Below, in pieces: positions 1 to 13,790 of a stretch of 64,000 nt of DNA. Source of the stretch: Raillietiella orientalis. Its lineage: Eukaryota. The stretch lies in contig JAYWIR010000010.1 in NCBI GenBank assembly GCA_036172245.1, positions 4,464,001-4,528,000 of the forward strand. Direction: 5' to 3'. The notes beneath the pieces were generated by a model. That model was given only the letters and a program-made list of their open reading frames with translations, did not search any database and was not told the origin of the DNA. Position 1 is the stretch's first letter. Each line of letters begins with the position of its first letter. Made by a program: the position numbers and the translations under genes.

Positions 1-1809
1 GAAGTGCTTCTACCGTGCAGGGACCTACGCTGTTTCAAGGGGGATTCGGAAAAAAAGGTCTTTCTTCAATGCCTTGCCTTGTTCTTCCTCCTTTAAATGT
101 TGTTGTTGGCCTTCTGGGCCTGAACAGCACGCGCACCGTCTCTTGAAACTTCAGAGCTGGGACCTCGTCGCGAACACAACAGTGCCTAATTGTCTTGTTC
201 GAAAGAGGAATATTTTTCACCTTTTGGTCATCCTGGCAATGGAAACAGGTTCTGTGCCTCGGGCTGGAATAATGAAAAAGGGCGAAGGATACCGAAGAAC
301 TTCTTGTCACTGAGATGAGGTTTCATTGATTTAGCGAACGAATTTTTACTAGAATCTAACAGCGGTTCTAGCTCTATTCTTTTCAAATCCAAGTTCTTGT
401 TTACTTCGAGAAATCCAGCATCGAATTTTCTTGCACTTGAAAACGTCTCAAAAAGTAATCGATGGTTCTGTTTGGAAGGTGATGCGACTGACTGATCTGT
501 TTCTCGTCTGACAGTTTTTCTGCACATTGCTCATTAGTAATCGCAAAAATAACCTTTGAATTTCCTCCTTATATCCGCAATCTTCATAATTTCGGTTCGC
601 ATTGCTCCTTTCTCCCCATCGAATTCATCTTCCTTCGGGCACAGTTTAAAAAGGAAACACTGGATTTTCTGCAAAGGCAGAGGCAAACTGCAACATCGAA
701 GCAGAACTGAGCCGTTAATCATCAACCGAGACGATAATCAGCAACAGTTTTGTTTCTTCTGTAAGAGATTTCGAATTGGCTGCCGCAGCTTAGCCAACGT
801 CGTGTGGTCAAAGAGCTTAGGATGGTCTGTCCTTTGATCACACCGGCTTTCGTTAAGGTTTTATCCCGAGCCTTTATTCCTCACTGGCAGACCTGAAAGA
901 AGTCAGCTTGCTTAGTAGACGGCCAACCTCATCCCGAGGGATTTTCGCGGTGGTCGTCGAAGGGGCTGACGAATCGGCGGAGGTGCTCAACGCGTGTGAA
1001 CTTCAAATTTCTGCGACACGTCTGAGGAAGTTTCTGCAGCACCTTTGCGTGTTGCAGGTTCAGGAATCACCGATCCGGAAGTGTCCGGATTTCTTGTACT
1101 TCCGCTGGTCTTTGCGAGCGGAGGAGCAAAAAACAAATGCGCCCACTTTGCGCAGCAGTGAAACCGTCTGGCTCTTTCGTTCAGCTACACAAAGACTGCT
1201 GAGCGGCTTACCGGGATTTGAAGTGTGACGCTCATGTGCCTGGCATTTTGTCCGAATGGTCCTTGCACGAACAACAAGATGCAAACAGAGGGAGAGGAGA
1301 AACCCAATGTTTCTTGGAAGCGCTAAAAACAGATGTCCCCATTGGTCGTGTTTTTCGAGCAAAACTCGGATGTTGTAGCAGAACTATGTCAATCTGCTCC
1401 TTGCCGAGCTTCGCCCATACCGAAGGAATCAAAGCTTTGGCTTCCATACCCTCAAGATGAAACGAGCATTGCATGCTCAGCCTCCATGTTTGCCAGGTCC
1501 TACTTTCTCTTCTTGCTTCGCTGCCTTAATGGGATTTCTGCCCCCTTCCCCCCCCCTTCCTAGACGCCACCAGGTGGATGAATCTGCATGTTTCTCTCCT
1601 GCCGTTGCTGGTCCTCTCTGCTCGCCACCACCTACCCAACCCTCCGCGCGCGCGCGCCCATGTCATCCTGTCCCACCTTGGTTTTCGGGCTGTTCGGCTC
1701 GTCGTTCACTCTTCACGTCATTTCGCTGGATGGACGCAAGTCGCAACGTGCGCGCCGCACGGTCTTCACGTGAGGACCCTTTAGCCGTCCCTAATCTCAG
1801 AACCGGCGG

Positions 1810-4364
1810 TGAAGCGTAGAAGGCTTTTCTGCCGGCAATCTTCGTACCTTCTCCCGATGCCCGGACATCCGGCGCCTGGCGGAGTACAAGGCCAGGGCCG
1901 AGTGCCAGGTTTGGCAGTCTGGAGCGGCTTGTCTGCTCGATGACGCTGGCCAGGAATGCTCGGCTTCAGCCGACGTACACCGCGTAGTCAAGCGCTACTA
2001 CTCCTCGTTGTACGCGGAGAAGCCCACGGAACGCAGTCTCTCCGAGCTGCTTCTTCCGACGGGTAACCCTGCCATCGACGAGGAGGAACGCGCCAGATTG
2101 GATTGGCCCTTCACGGCGGAAGAAGTATCTTCCGCCGTAGCGGGCCTGAAAAGGCGTAAGGCGCCTGGGGAGGATGGCCTGCCCGCGGAGTTCTTTCAGG
2201 GCTTCGCGGCGGAGCTCGTCCCCCTGGTGCTGAGCCTTTACGCGCTGATGCGGAAGACGGGAGATGTTCCCTCTTCTTTCCGCTCAGCAAGGGTGCGGCT
2301 TCTGCCGAAAGGCGGGGATTTGCGCCACCTCAACAACTGGGTCCGATCACCTTGGTGAATTCGTGCGTCAAGTTGTTCTCGAAACTTTGGGTCGCGCGGC
2401 TGGGGAGAATCGCAGAGTCCTTGGTAAGTCCGGAGCAGACGTATGCTGTTCCGGGGCGGTCCATGGACGCGAATCTCTTCTTCGCGTGAACATGGTTCGA
2501 GTTGCAGCAGCGCGTGGCGCAGCAGAGCCAGGCAACCGAAAGCGCCGCTGCCAAAGGTAAGCAGCAGTGCTCAAGGCACGATGGAACGCCGGGGGCCTTA
2601 GCGGTCGCCGTCGATCTCTGCAAAGCATTCGACAGCGTAAACCAGGACCTCCTTCTGGAGCTTCTGGGACGCTTGGGCCTCCCGACGCACCTCATCGCCT
2701 ACTTGCGCTCCTGCTGGCACCACGCGTTATGCTGTATCTCTTTCAGCGGGCGTCACGTGTACGGCGTTCCCATACGGCGGGGTATCAGACAGGGAGACTG
2801 CTTAAGCCCTCTGCTCTTCAGCATCTTCTTTGAGTTGGTGCTGAGGGCGTACAGGTTGACTCTGGCCAACCTGCCGAGCTCTTGCCCGGGAACACCGGCC
2901 GTGGCCGCCTATGCTGACGACCTTTTCCTGTTGCTGCCCATGTCCACTCCGGCGTCCAGGCTCGAGGACTTCTTCGAGCTCATTCGTCGGGGAGAGGGCC
3001 TGAGCATCAACAGGGCGAAATCAACCGTTGTACCAATTGGCTCTACGTGGGAGGGGCAGTCCCACTGTATCCGCCTAGGGATCCCCACAGGCAGGTGCTT
3101 GAAGTACCTTGGCGTTCCCTTGGGCGCCTTCTGTCCAGCAGAAGCGTGGTCGGACTGCCTTCACAAGGACGAGACTGCTCTAGGCCCGTTCCAATGCGGC
3201 AGGTTTCTCCTGTCGGAACGGGCCTTCGTGTGGAACATTTTCGTTGCCCCCCTCCTCCGTCCCCTCTTTTTTGTTTGTCCCCCTCCCTACTCGGCTAAGC
3301 GCCGGGCGCAACGCCTGTTGCGAAACGCCTTGTGGGGACCAGCGAGGTCCAGGATCCGCCTCAAGGACTTGACGGCTCCTCGGTGGGATGCAGGATTGGG
3401 CATCCTGACGCTGGAGCGGATCGGACTGCTTGTGCAGTTCTGCATGCTGGCACTTTGTGCCCAGCTCTGGACTACTCCCTGGTGTGCTCCAGCGCGGCTG
3501 CTGCTGCGGCGCTGCACGGGTGGCGACGGACTACGTTCGTTGCACCTGCGCACGGAGCTCGTCTTGAGAGGATTCGGCTTCCCCCTGAAGCAGCTCGCCT
3601 CGCTTCTGGGAAAGCATACGTGGATCTCCTGCCGGCCGACGAACTTCAACGCCTGGAGGCAGGAAGCTTTATCGTCCTGGGCAGCGCAACAGGATGTGTC
3701 CCGTTTGGAACTCCGTTGCGTGAATCTTTCCCCATACTGTCCAGTGGGGGAGGTGCTGGAAGACCAGGACCAGTGGACATGCCTAGCCGCTACGCCACCC
3801 GCCGGAGCACTGTCTGCACTGATGGTGCGAGACGACAGTGACCTACCGGCGAGGTGGGAGGTCGCTTGCGAAATCGCAGGCGAAACCCGACTGCTGGGCG
3901 GCTGGCGGACTTGCGAGCTGGCAGACGCTGCCACCCCTCGCTTTCGTGCCAAGGGACTTCTCCGGTGGAGCGAGCTCCTCGGGGTGCCCACCGAAGAACT
4001 TGTGGTCCCTTCTGCGTGCTTGGACGCGACTGTCTTCCCCCTTCGTTGGAAACAAGACGCTTTTCTGCTGGTGCATTGGGGTCTTTACTGCAACCAGCGC
4101 GCGCACCTGGTTTCCGGGGGAGTTGCGTCCCCGAACTGTGCAACATGCGGAGCGGTGGAAACGCTTCCGCATTTGCTATTTGAATGCGGTGCCCTCCAGG
4201 AGCTGTGGCGGCGGCTGTCTTCAGCGCTCCTGCACCCCGGACACACCGCAAAGGATTGGATGCGCCGCTTCTTCACGAGTGGCGGTCTTTCTCTAGGAGC
4301 GGTCGTCGCAATCATCTGCTGCGTCCGCGCCACTGTCAGGGCCCGCCACGTATTGCAGATGTAA
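1810..4364 (+). pseudogene. Tx1/L1-like non-LTR retrotransposon ORF2 (linker, RT, C-terminal Cys/His finger), 5'-truncated; best-preserved copy in the window
   Basis: RT motifs in order: KAPGEDGLPAEFF (ORF 2008-2358), LLPKGGDLRHLNNW then 1-bp frameshift near 2341 to PITLVN, QTYAVPGRS, in-frame TGA near 2486, then ORF 2502-4364 with VDLCKAFD, RGIRQGDCLSPLLF, AYADD, INRAKS, KYLGVP and CATC...ETLPHLLFEC. QTYAVPGR resembles Tx1-clade RT region 2a. Confidence 0.93.
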
Positions 4365-4439
4365 GAGGTCCCAACATCGGTCCCCGACAGTGCAGCCTGC
4401 AACCTGCAACTGGCTTCCGGGTGGCCACATTCCAACCTG

Positions 4440-6406
4440 CCAAGTTGGAACGGGCCCAGAGCACTCTCAGCCTTCCGAAGGCAGTGTTTGGACGCTTCGG
4501 TGCTCCCTTCGAGATAGTGCTATCCCTGCACTAGGGTTTCCATTATTGGTACCGGCACCTCATTCCCAGAGGTTTGGCATCCCCGAACTACTTCCAGGCG
4601 CAGGACGATCGAATCGTTCCAGCAGCTGTTGCCCAACTGCGTGTTTTCGAGGTCATCCGGATGAGACTCGCCCAGGCATTCTTCCACCCAAAGGATACCG
4701 ACGGGACCTGCCGCGGTGGTTCTTCGAGCGCGGCGGACTTCCGCCGGAAGGCGTGATTTCGAACCCGGGTGCGCCGGGACGTTTATTCCTCTTGCAGGAA
4801 TCGATGGAGCCAAAAGGCTCACCGATTCCAGTTATTACATTAGGAAAAAAGGGGGGGATTCGACGAGAGCCATCACGTACACCAAGGGAAAGGGGGCTCA
4901 AACAAAAATAGAAAATGAAAACACACTAAAACAAACAACAAAAAAACAAAAAAATTAGTTAGGGGGAAAGGAAGGGATCACATTTCGTGGTGGGTGAGGT
5001 CTCTGCATCCGTTGAAGGATGCCGGCGAGCTCCCCTTTCTCCCTTTCCAGGTGGGGTCACCTTAAAGCCATCTGCAGGAAGCGGATGGCCTGCAGGGCAG
5101 TCCCCCCGTCGCTCCGGACTCTCTTGGCGTCTCACTTCTCCGCGACGGCACCGCGCACGCAGCACAGCTCTGCGATTGAGGCTGCGGGCGTCATAGCGTC
5201 CCGCACGAAGAGGGGCCTCAAGGAGTCTGTGGGATCGCCCACGGGGTGGGAAAGGGACGCAGAGAAACGTTCCCACAGTTCCCGGAGGGTGACACACTGC
5301 ACTGTGAGGGGGGGAAAGTCTCCTTCTCTCCACACCTGGCGCAGTTCGGCGATGTGCTTTCCCTCGTCCAGTGGTCCGGATCTCATTGCACGGAAGACCC
5401 CAGTGCAGTATAGGCAGCGCCGATTGCTGCCACTTGAGGGGAAGCAGCTTTCTATCCATAAACACGGTGAGCACTTCCAACTCTTCGAGCTGAATGGAGA
5501 AGAGTTCGTACCAACGTTCCAGTCCTTTGGAGGCGGTTCTTGCTGTTGCCGCGTCAGCCAGCTCACGAGATGTCCAGCCACCGATAGGCTTCCTGTGGGC
5601 CGAGATCTCGCAGGAAACCTCCCACTTCGCCTGTAGGCAGGTGCCATGTACCTCGATAGCGGAGGACACCGCTGCGGCGAAGGAGCTGGCTGCTGGGTAG
5701 GCCAACATAGTCAGTTCACTACCCACCGCCTCCAGTGTTCTTCCTTTGATCTTCTGAAACTCTCGGCAGCGGGTAACTTCCGACGGGACCTGGGTGAGCT
5801 GGTCCCACGGCCTCACTTTCTCCTGCCGCCAGGTCGGAGTATTTGCAGGGCGTCAGCGAATCCACGTGTTCGCTCTCATCAGAGCAGCGACACACCGGAG
5901 AGGGAAACCGCAAGATGGGAACCGGCGGTGGTGACATGAAAACAGAGTTGCGAGTCCTTCGCCACCGGCCGCCAGCCGGGAGATGAAACGTGCAGGAGCG
6001 CACTGATCGCAACAGGCGGTTTCAGGGTGACAGCCCGCCATGTGTTAGAATCAAGTTCAGGCGAAGAGAGGCCACCATCATGGCAGCAGCAGCCTTTATG
6101 AGGACCGCAACAAGGTGGCCTCATCTCTAAGAAGAAGCTACCAGGGAGATCGTCACCATCTACAGCCGCTTCTAGAAATTACGGAAGGCCACACACCAAA
6201 GTCCCACCCTCGACCGTCTTTTTTCATTTACTTATTGTCCCCTCTCTTTTTTCCCTGCTTTTTAAAAAGCCGGTCTGCGTGTCGGTGGTTATACCAGATG
6301 AACTTTTCTTTTTGTCATTTCATGTTCTTTGAGAGGACATCCTTATTCTTCTCTTCCTTGTGGCTTGCTTTGTTTTTGCAAAATAAACGTCTCGGCTTAA
6401 CCAGGT
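4440..6406 (+). mobile_element. Older copy of the same family's ORF2 C-terminus and 3' UTR, split by the antisense insertion at 4762-6003
   Basis: 4440-4761 gives CLDASVLP...HLIPRGLASPN...WFFERGGLPPEGVIS, homologous to CLDATVFP...HLVSGGVASPN...FFTSGGLSLGAVVA of ORF 2502-4364. From 6004 it continues VTARHVLE (cf. VRARHVLQ), then a T-rich tract and the terminus AATAAACGTCTCGGCTTAACCAGGT at 6382-6406. Confidence 0.75.
4762..6003 (-). repeat. Inverted repeat copy 1 (1,242 bp): 3' end of a Tx1-like element, reverse complement of 17989-19230
   Basis: ORFs in several frames are identical between copies (285, 205, 171, 97 aa). Both ends were aligned by eye and give equal lengths. Confidence 0.97.
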
Positions 6407-7189
6407 ACACCTTCGGTGCTAGATTCGAGTGGATCGCTCCTATCCGATAGCGTGGAGCACCACCCTCCACATCGCGTCCGTTCACTCCCTCGTGGCTGTC
6501 CGCGTGGCGCGCTCAGGACTTCCGGTTCACATCACAGGCGCCGCGTCTCGCGCCCCGCCGCTCGAACGAAAGCGCGAGGCAGACCGCCGTAACCACGGGA
6601 ACGCGGTGCGCCTTAGGAGCGCTCGGGTTCCACCAGATCCGTCGGACAGTGCAGCCTTATCGGCGTCTGCGACGTGGGGAAGCGCGGAGATTTACGGGCA
6701 ATTAATGGAGACTGCATAAATCTGTGGTTGGCTCGTAAAGCCGTCCGTACTCCCTCCGGATCGCGCGGCAGCATCCCGGTGCAGGGAGAGCCCGTTCATG
6801 GTGTCCTTGCGGTGTCAGCAATCAGGATCCGGGAGGAGCGCTCGTTGGGTTTGTCAGGGGAAATAGCGAAAACTTTGGAAACGCACGCGCGCTGATCAGA
6901 CGGCTGCTCGTCTCCTGGGCCCCAGGGGCGGTGGTCGGCCGCGATGACAGGGAGTCACGGGCGGACCGGAGTCACAGGGGTCTTTTGCTGCGGGTGTTCG
7001 GAAAGCGAGCCGCGATCCAGGGGCTCGCCTGAGGCTCTGACCTGGACTTTTCTTGCAGGAGCGTCGCCCCGGTGACGCCGAGGAGCTTCTTCAGAAACAA
7101 ACGAACAGAGAAGTAGAAGAAGAAACATGTCGAGTAGGAATGACCACCAGAGCGCAGACAGGCTTCCAGAAAGTCCGTGATGCGCAATA

Positions 7190-8210
7190 AATATTTCTTT
7201 TTATTAGAAAAAAAAAGCGAAGACAGGAACAGGGACTGAGCGCCGAATTTCGGCCATCTTCCTGCAGGCGATGCCACCTCGCAGTCGCCCACAATCAGGC
7301 GGCTTGATGTGCAGGTGGACCCCCGTCGCTGCACCTGAGACCCCGGCATGCGACGGCAGTCTGTGACGACGGGACGGAGGCACCGTACCGCCGGCCAATC
7401 TCGGCGCACCCTCCGTGAGTTCACCTCGCGCGAAGAACCTCCTCAGTGAGTCCGCGGCGGTGTCCTCCAGGATGCGGACAGTCTAGATGAGTTTCTGCCA
7501 GATGCTCTCGAAGGCATCGCAGACAGACAACGGGGCGCGCGGGAACGACTCCATCGCTCCCCTCCCGCTCCCTCCGCACCTCAAGCAGTCCGGAGACGCA
7601 ACTCCCCCGAAAAGAAGGTGCCCGCGCTTGTTGCAATGGGAACAGCGGCGTGCCCCGTTTCCTCCGCAACGGGACGCCGAAGCGTTCGCACGCAAAACAG
7701 GGGCCCTTGGCCCCTGTTTTGGGTGCCTTCCTCAGGGCCACATCGAGAGGGGCCCTCGACCCGGGAACGAGGGGTGGAGGCATCTTCAGCCAGTTTGCTC
7801 GTCTTCCAGCTGCCCAGGAGTTTCTCGACCCCTGAAGTGGTGAAGGGGAGCGCCCGCCCCGCCGGCAGGCTGCCGTCGCTACTTGCCCCTGGGGCGGGCA
7901 ATGCTGTGGCAAGGGGTGTGGCGACCGGGTGGGCTCCGGAGGGAGGCTTAGCAATATCGCAGGGGACCAAGTGCCCCTGGGCGCCATTTCCAGAGTGGAA
8001 GCCCAGTTCACAACCGCCTCTTGCCTCCAGGCGTGCCAGTTCTTGGGACGGCAGAGGAGAGTGGGCTTCCGAGAGCGATCACAGTCACCTCGGGGACAGC
8101 CGAATCCCCTCATGCTGTGTCGGTTGCGCTGGCAGTGACTATTTTAAAGACGCAGGGGGACGGTGCTGTTCCGTGGCGGTTAAAAAGATTTCTTCTCCGG
8201 GAGTGATCCC
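7190..8210 (-). mobile_element. Degenerate Tx1-like ORF2 C-terminal fragment
   Basis: CRPKNWHAWRQEAVVNWA (cf. CRPTNFNAWRQEALSSWA) and HCNKRGHLLFGGVASPDCLRCG (cf. YCNQRAHLVSGGVASPNCATCG). Confidence 0.85.
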
Positions 8211-10527
8211 GCGACCTCGGAGTGGCCTGCAGGAACGGGTTGCGATCTCAGAGGAGGGTCCGTAGTCCGGGGCTCTTGCTGCCGGCTGAGCGGCGATCCG
8301 AGGAAGCAGGGGCTCGGGTCACTCACTCAAGGGTCCGAGCGGCCTTGTTGCTCTGGGGCGGAAAGCAGCCCGTGGCGACTCCTCGTCCTACCGTGTGGTG
8401 CATCCGTCACTCGAGGCTCCTGACGCGCACGCTTTTCTTCGTTCTGCATACTCATGGCCCGAAGTCATGAATCCCCCTCTCCCTGTCCCCCTCCTTCTTT
8501 CTCTCTCCTACGAAACGCACGTGCGACGTTGCAATCCGCGACCCCATGTCCTACCAAAGGAGTTTTCGGTTCGGGCCGCACGGGGAAAGAGGCGCTCGCG
8601 TCGTCTTTCCTCCTGCGAACGCAGACGCCTCAACGCCTCCGCTCGGCGGCGAAAAATCCGTCTTGCCCGCTGATAGTTGCAATGAGAAATGGTCTGCAGC
8701 CATGGGAAGCGGAACTTCCGATACCCGAATAAATCAGGAGGCCCATAAAAATCAACCAGAGAAGAGGAGCGTCGGCGATTCGGCGGAAGAACGGGAAGTA
8801 GGCGGCATGGCGGACGGCGCGCCCCTCAAGGGCAACACGAGATTCTTCCTCCCTCTTGCTCCCCCTCTTCCTTCCCTCCATTCCGCCGGGACCTATCACA
8901 TGACGCCTATCGGGTGCACCCAGAACCTCCTGCAGAACGCCGCCCACCCCCGGAAGAAGGGGATATGCTGCGGAGGGAAGAGCACTTCCCCGGTCGTCCG
9001 AACCTTTCTCCTGTGCGTGTCCAGGTGCTCCCGCAGCGGCGTCTCTCGGACGCAACGGACCAGATCCCCTTCCCTCTATAGTCTCCCGAGGGAATCCCAA
9101 GGAGCTGAGACCCTGATCCCCCGCCATCAGGAAAGGTTCCCTTGAGATCTTCCGCTTCCCCAGCATCCCTCGGCATCCTCATCGTCCTTCCTTTGCATCC
9201 TTTGCAGGACCTCCGAACGAGAACGCAGTCCCCGCCGCTGATCGGTTCGTCTCCCGGAACTCGCCTCCATGAACCCTTTGCTGGTGTCGTCCAGCTTTTG
9301 CGAGAAAGTGGCGCTGCCTGGGAGGGCATTCATTCCCCCCTTCCCCAAAGCAGCCATCGGGAAGCTGAGGAGGCGCCGCGCGTTGTTTCTTGTGCCGTTC
9401 CACTCTGGCAGCACCGATAGCATCTGGCGGGACTTCCTGAAACCTCGGCCCAATGTTCAAGACGACTGCGTCGAATTCCGCGTGCTCTCAATGACCTCCT
9501 GGAGACAAAAAAAATACACATATATATACATATACTGGGAGAAGGGTTTACAGGATTCAGGGGAAGGTTTTTCTGGACCTACCTTAAACTCGTAGCGTTT
9601 CCGAGGTAGCACAACCCATCGTCATGCGGAAGGATGGCCGGAATCAGGGTGGGAAGGGACCAGACGCGTCGCCCCTTTGAAGCCTGAGGTTCAGAAAAAG
9701 TGAAAAGGAAAAGTGCCGCTCTTCCTTTCTCGACTTGAAGGTCATGAAGAGGAAATCTGTATTCTCCCTTTCTTTGACGCCCATACCCGCAGATAAATGT
9801 GGCTATCCATGAAACAGAGATCCCGTACTCCTTTTCCACCCCCTCACCCTTCCTAACCTTGCATCCTACGGACATGGCCGCCACTATCAAATGTTCTGCT
9901 CCTGCCGCTCTTCTAATGCTCTTGAGCTCTTCTTTGATAAAAATAAAAGTCACGGCATCACCACGTCCGAAGAGTCGCACCGTCTGCTGGACAAGGCAAA
10001 GGAGAGAGTCACTTTCTTCCCAAGAACTCTCCTGCTCCGTTGTGGGCTCGCTGGCTGGCTGTTCGCATTGCCCGAGACTCCACCCGGTGTCAGCGCTGCC
10101 TTCCCCGTTCCTCCGGTGCACTGGGATCAAAGCTCGGGGAAACCTCAGCATGTGCTGTGGAGGACAGTGATCCCGTTGGGAATATCCGCTGTTCCTCGTC
10201 GCTTTCTAGCCCTCCATCCAGCTGCAATAAACCTCCGAGTCACTCTGGGTCGACATCTATCAGAAAGAATAGGCCGTGAGAAGATGTCTTTGCCAAGTCA
10301 AGCGAGCAAGGTTTGCCCGGAAACGGTGATGTCCCTTGCCTCCATCCCTTGGCTCGGTGAAGGCGAAATTCGCGTGCTCCTCGCGGGTCCTCTTTCTTGC
10401 TCCTCTCCTGCCCTTTCAACTTCTGCTCCCTTCTTCCTCTTCTCCTCCTCCTCTTCCTCCTCCTCCTTCTCTTATCCTCCGTCTTCTTCTCCCTCCCTCT
10501 TCCTCCTCCTTTCTTTCCGCTCGAGGC

Positions 10528-11350
10528 TCAGGCTGCCGAATTGATGAGCTGGCCTCTCTCAGACCCAGAAAAAGAAGAGCTGGGAAGACGTCCCATAAAA
10601 GAGTCGCTGCAGAAAGCCTGGCGACGAACGACAGGGCTGGGATGTAAGCCCTGCTGTCTGCCAGCGCGCGCGACCGCGCACTTCACCCACAGGAACGCTG
10701 GCGTCCAGATCGGAGGGCAATCCTGGCAAAGCGACAAACGAAGAATCCCAACCGTTTTGTGGGCCACGGCAACTTTCCAAGTTTCTGTCTCAATGTTCCC
10801 TACTTTCGGCATCGTTGTCACGCGCGTTCTGAGAGGACAGGCGCTGACGCCTTTCCAAGTTGTCCGCCTTGCCGTCGAAAGCTGGCCGTCTGCGTGTGAC
10901 TTTCCTCTCGAATGGCCTTGGCGGTTCTTTGAACGGTGAGGAAGAGGTTTGTTCCACGATCTCCGCGTGCTTTTCAACTTCCCAGCCTCCTCGTCGTTGA
11001 CGAAGGGCAGTTTCAAAGGCGATGGGAGGAGATCTTGGATTCCACCGGTGAGACTCGAACCCTCAGATCAGCCCTCCGTCCCGAGGTCCAGAACTGAGCC
11101 GGCCGAAAGGTTGGTCTTCGTCTTCCCCTGTGGCCTCGATGTTTACATGATGAGGCGCCTTACGGCTTCCCCTAGTATCCAGGATGGATCAGGATCAATG
11201 TACACTGGATCCAAGGGTTCGGACGCCCAGAACATCCAGGTCCGGGAAGAGCTGAGATAAACCGATGCGAATGCAGCCGGAGGATGCTATTATCCAGGAT
11301 GGGGAAGCGACTGCATAACTCCATAGGAACTGCTCCTGCTGGAGGGTAGG
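10528..11350 (-). mobile_element. Highly degraded non-LTR ORF2 C-terminal relic, possibly another family
   Basis: ORF 10528-11016 has WKVAVAHK...LCQDCPPIWTPAFLWVKC, matching the CxxC...C spacing of the ORF2 finger (His not retained). Confidence 0.45.
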
Positions 11351-12652
11351 ACATGCAGGAGACGAAAGAATGGAAAGATATCCGCGGGACTCTTTCATCA
11401 TTCTGTTTAATCCTTCCGCTCGCTCAGCAGGAAGCTCTGCAACCCTCAGCACGGGTGAGTCCTCGGCACTGGCAGCAGACCACCCCAGTTCGATCGGAAG
11501 CAGCCCAGGACATCAGAAGTCGGGGTATTCTTTCGGGGACGCCCGGGTTCTCTCGCTCCCTCGCCGAGCGGAGGACGCGTTTCTCGAGGCATGCCCACAC
11601 GGGCAGGGCAGAGCTGGTGCGGAGGGAGGGAGGAGAAAGTGTTTCACGTCCGTGCTTTGCTCCCGATCACTCCTGGAACGTTTATCCGAGGAAGGAACGG
11701 GTCTGGTTCGAAATCCCGAACGATCAAAATCCCGGAAGATCGTCGCAAATAAACACGCGCGCTCATTCCACATACATTAACATTTATTTTAATACATAGT
11801 TACTCATATTTATAAACGTACATATTATGAACAGTAATGATATCGAAAGTTATGCATTTGCTAATATAACTAATAAATTGTTGGTCATATTGTTGATATA
11901 TCTGTTAAAGATTTAAGATTAGTAAGTACATAAAATATAGTTGCTCCTTCTTCCCTGGTCCAATATCGGGCGGAGGACAGCTCTCCTCAAGAGAAGTGGG
12001 GCAATGCTCCAGTCCGGCTGTCGGCAATGCTGGAGTTACCGCAGTTCTCTTGAGAGGACCACTCATCTCGCAGGGAAAGCAGGGAACCGCTGCCTCAGGA
12101 TGGGACGGGGAAAGGGGGAGAGAGAAAGAGACCGTCGCGCTGGAAAAACCGGTGAAGAGAGTTCGTTGGGCGTCGCCGGGGAAGGAGGTGGCTCACGCCA
12201 GTTGTCCTTCAGCCCTGCCTTGCAGTGGCGAGCAGCCCAGCAGCACCGCGTGGAAGAGTCCCTTTCCCCCCTGTATCGGCTGCATGGTGACTTCTGATGC
12301 TGCTCTGCAGACCCTAGTGCAGGAAGAGGGAAGTGTTGCATTGAAGCCCGAAGGGCAGTGAATCAGAAAAGTCTTGCCCTCGCACTACTGTAGGGAGGAG
12401 GGGGAGGACATCTCGCGCATCACAAGCCCAGTTCTGGAGCATGCTCATTCCCAGAGTACGGCCCACCCAGAGGCAAACTTTCCTGCTCCATGTGCTGCCG
12501 ATCATCCGCCTCGATAAGAGGAGCAGAAGCGACTAAGAACTACCTTCTCTTTTCCTCTTCGTTTGGACGAACCATTCGCGTGAATCTCCTCCACTTTCAG
12601 GAAAGTACGATTTTTTTTTTTTTCAATAGTGGCTTCTCGTTTAGCCAATGAA

Positions 12653-13790
12653 TTATCACCCGGGTGCAGCAGAGCGTTTAGAAAAAATACCCAATCATAT
12701 TTTCTTTGGTTGGACTGGTGGTCCAACCACATGCAATTTAACGGGAACCTTCCGGGTTACCGGTACGCAGACCGGTGAGATCCGCTACGGAAGCAGAAGA
12801 GAGGGGACAAACAAAACACAGAAGAAACAAAAGGAAAAATGAATAAATAAACTTGGGGAGAAAGGGAGGAAAGGAGGGAAGAGGTAACGTTCTCCTGGAG
12901 GCAGTCCTCTGCATCCAGTGCACCAGTTGTCGGATTCCGGCAAGCTCTTGCTGCATACAGTGCTTCAGGTAAGGTCATCTCGTTGCCATCCTCGTGAAGC
13001 GGAAGGCGAAGCACCCCTATCTCTCTGTCCTCTTCTTGCATCGCTCCAGGCAGCTACAACCCCACGTAGGCAGCAGAGAGCTGCTAGAGAGGCTGCGAGC
13101 CGAAGGACGTTGCTAACGAAGAGAAGTCGTAAAGCGCCCCTGGAGTTGCCTCCGGGAGTTCCCAGGGTCGCTGCAAGGCGTTCCCAGAGGGGCTGGAGGA
13201 CAACACAATCTACAAATAGACTCTCCACGTACATGGAACCCCGAGTCCAGTGATGCCTGCGAGCGTTGCACGGAGACCCCAGTACAGCAGCATCAACGCC
13301 GACCCCTCTCACCTCAATGGGAGGGTGAGCGTGTCTAGAAACACTGGGGGCCACTGCAGGTCTTTCTCCAGAATACCCAGTAGCTCGTCCCATTTGACCA
13401 AGGGAATTGTTCGCTCGATGGCATTCCAGCGCTTTCCTCCCGTGAAGAGTGTAGCCATCTCTTCTCTTCGGAAAATCCAGATCTTGAAAGAGGCAATCTC
13501 AGGTCATTGGCGTTGCGGGAGTACTGCTTGAAAAAGTCCACGTTGGCAGCCAGGTGGTCGTGGCGCTTTCGAATCGCCCCCGATGAGGATCGGCTACGAG
13601 GACGAGGCTTTTCGGTTGGGTCTGGGTGGGTAGGTTTCGAGTGCCCCCGCGAGATGACGCGCAGAGACGGTCCGTGCGCGCTGGAAGGCCGCTCTCGAGT
13701 CGGGTGTCCTGCTCTCAAGGCTGGGGACCGGGAGCAAAAGCCTTTTTTCAAAGAGTCGCCCCCTCTTCGCGCGCACCTCGGCTGCGTTGC
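12653..13790 (-). mobile_element. Tx1-like element 3' fragment with 3' UTR and terminus
   Basis: DCVVLQPLWERLAATLGTPGGN...AASLAALCCLRG in ORF 12965-13393, then T-rich tract, UTR hairpins and the end ...TAAACGCTCTGCTGCACCCGGGTGATAA at 12653-12680. Confidence 0.85.

Noticed and set aside
6420..7000. Endonuclease relic (LHIASVHS, INGDC)
   Set aside because: Motifs too degenerate to call.
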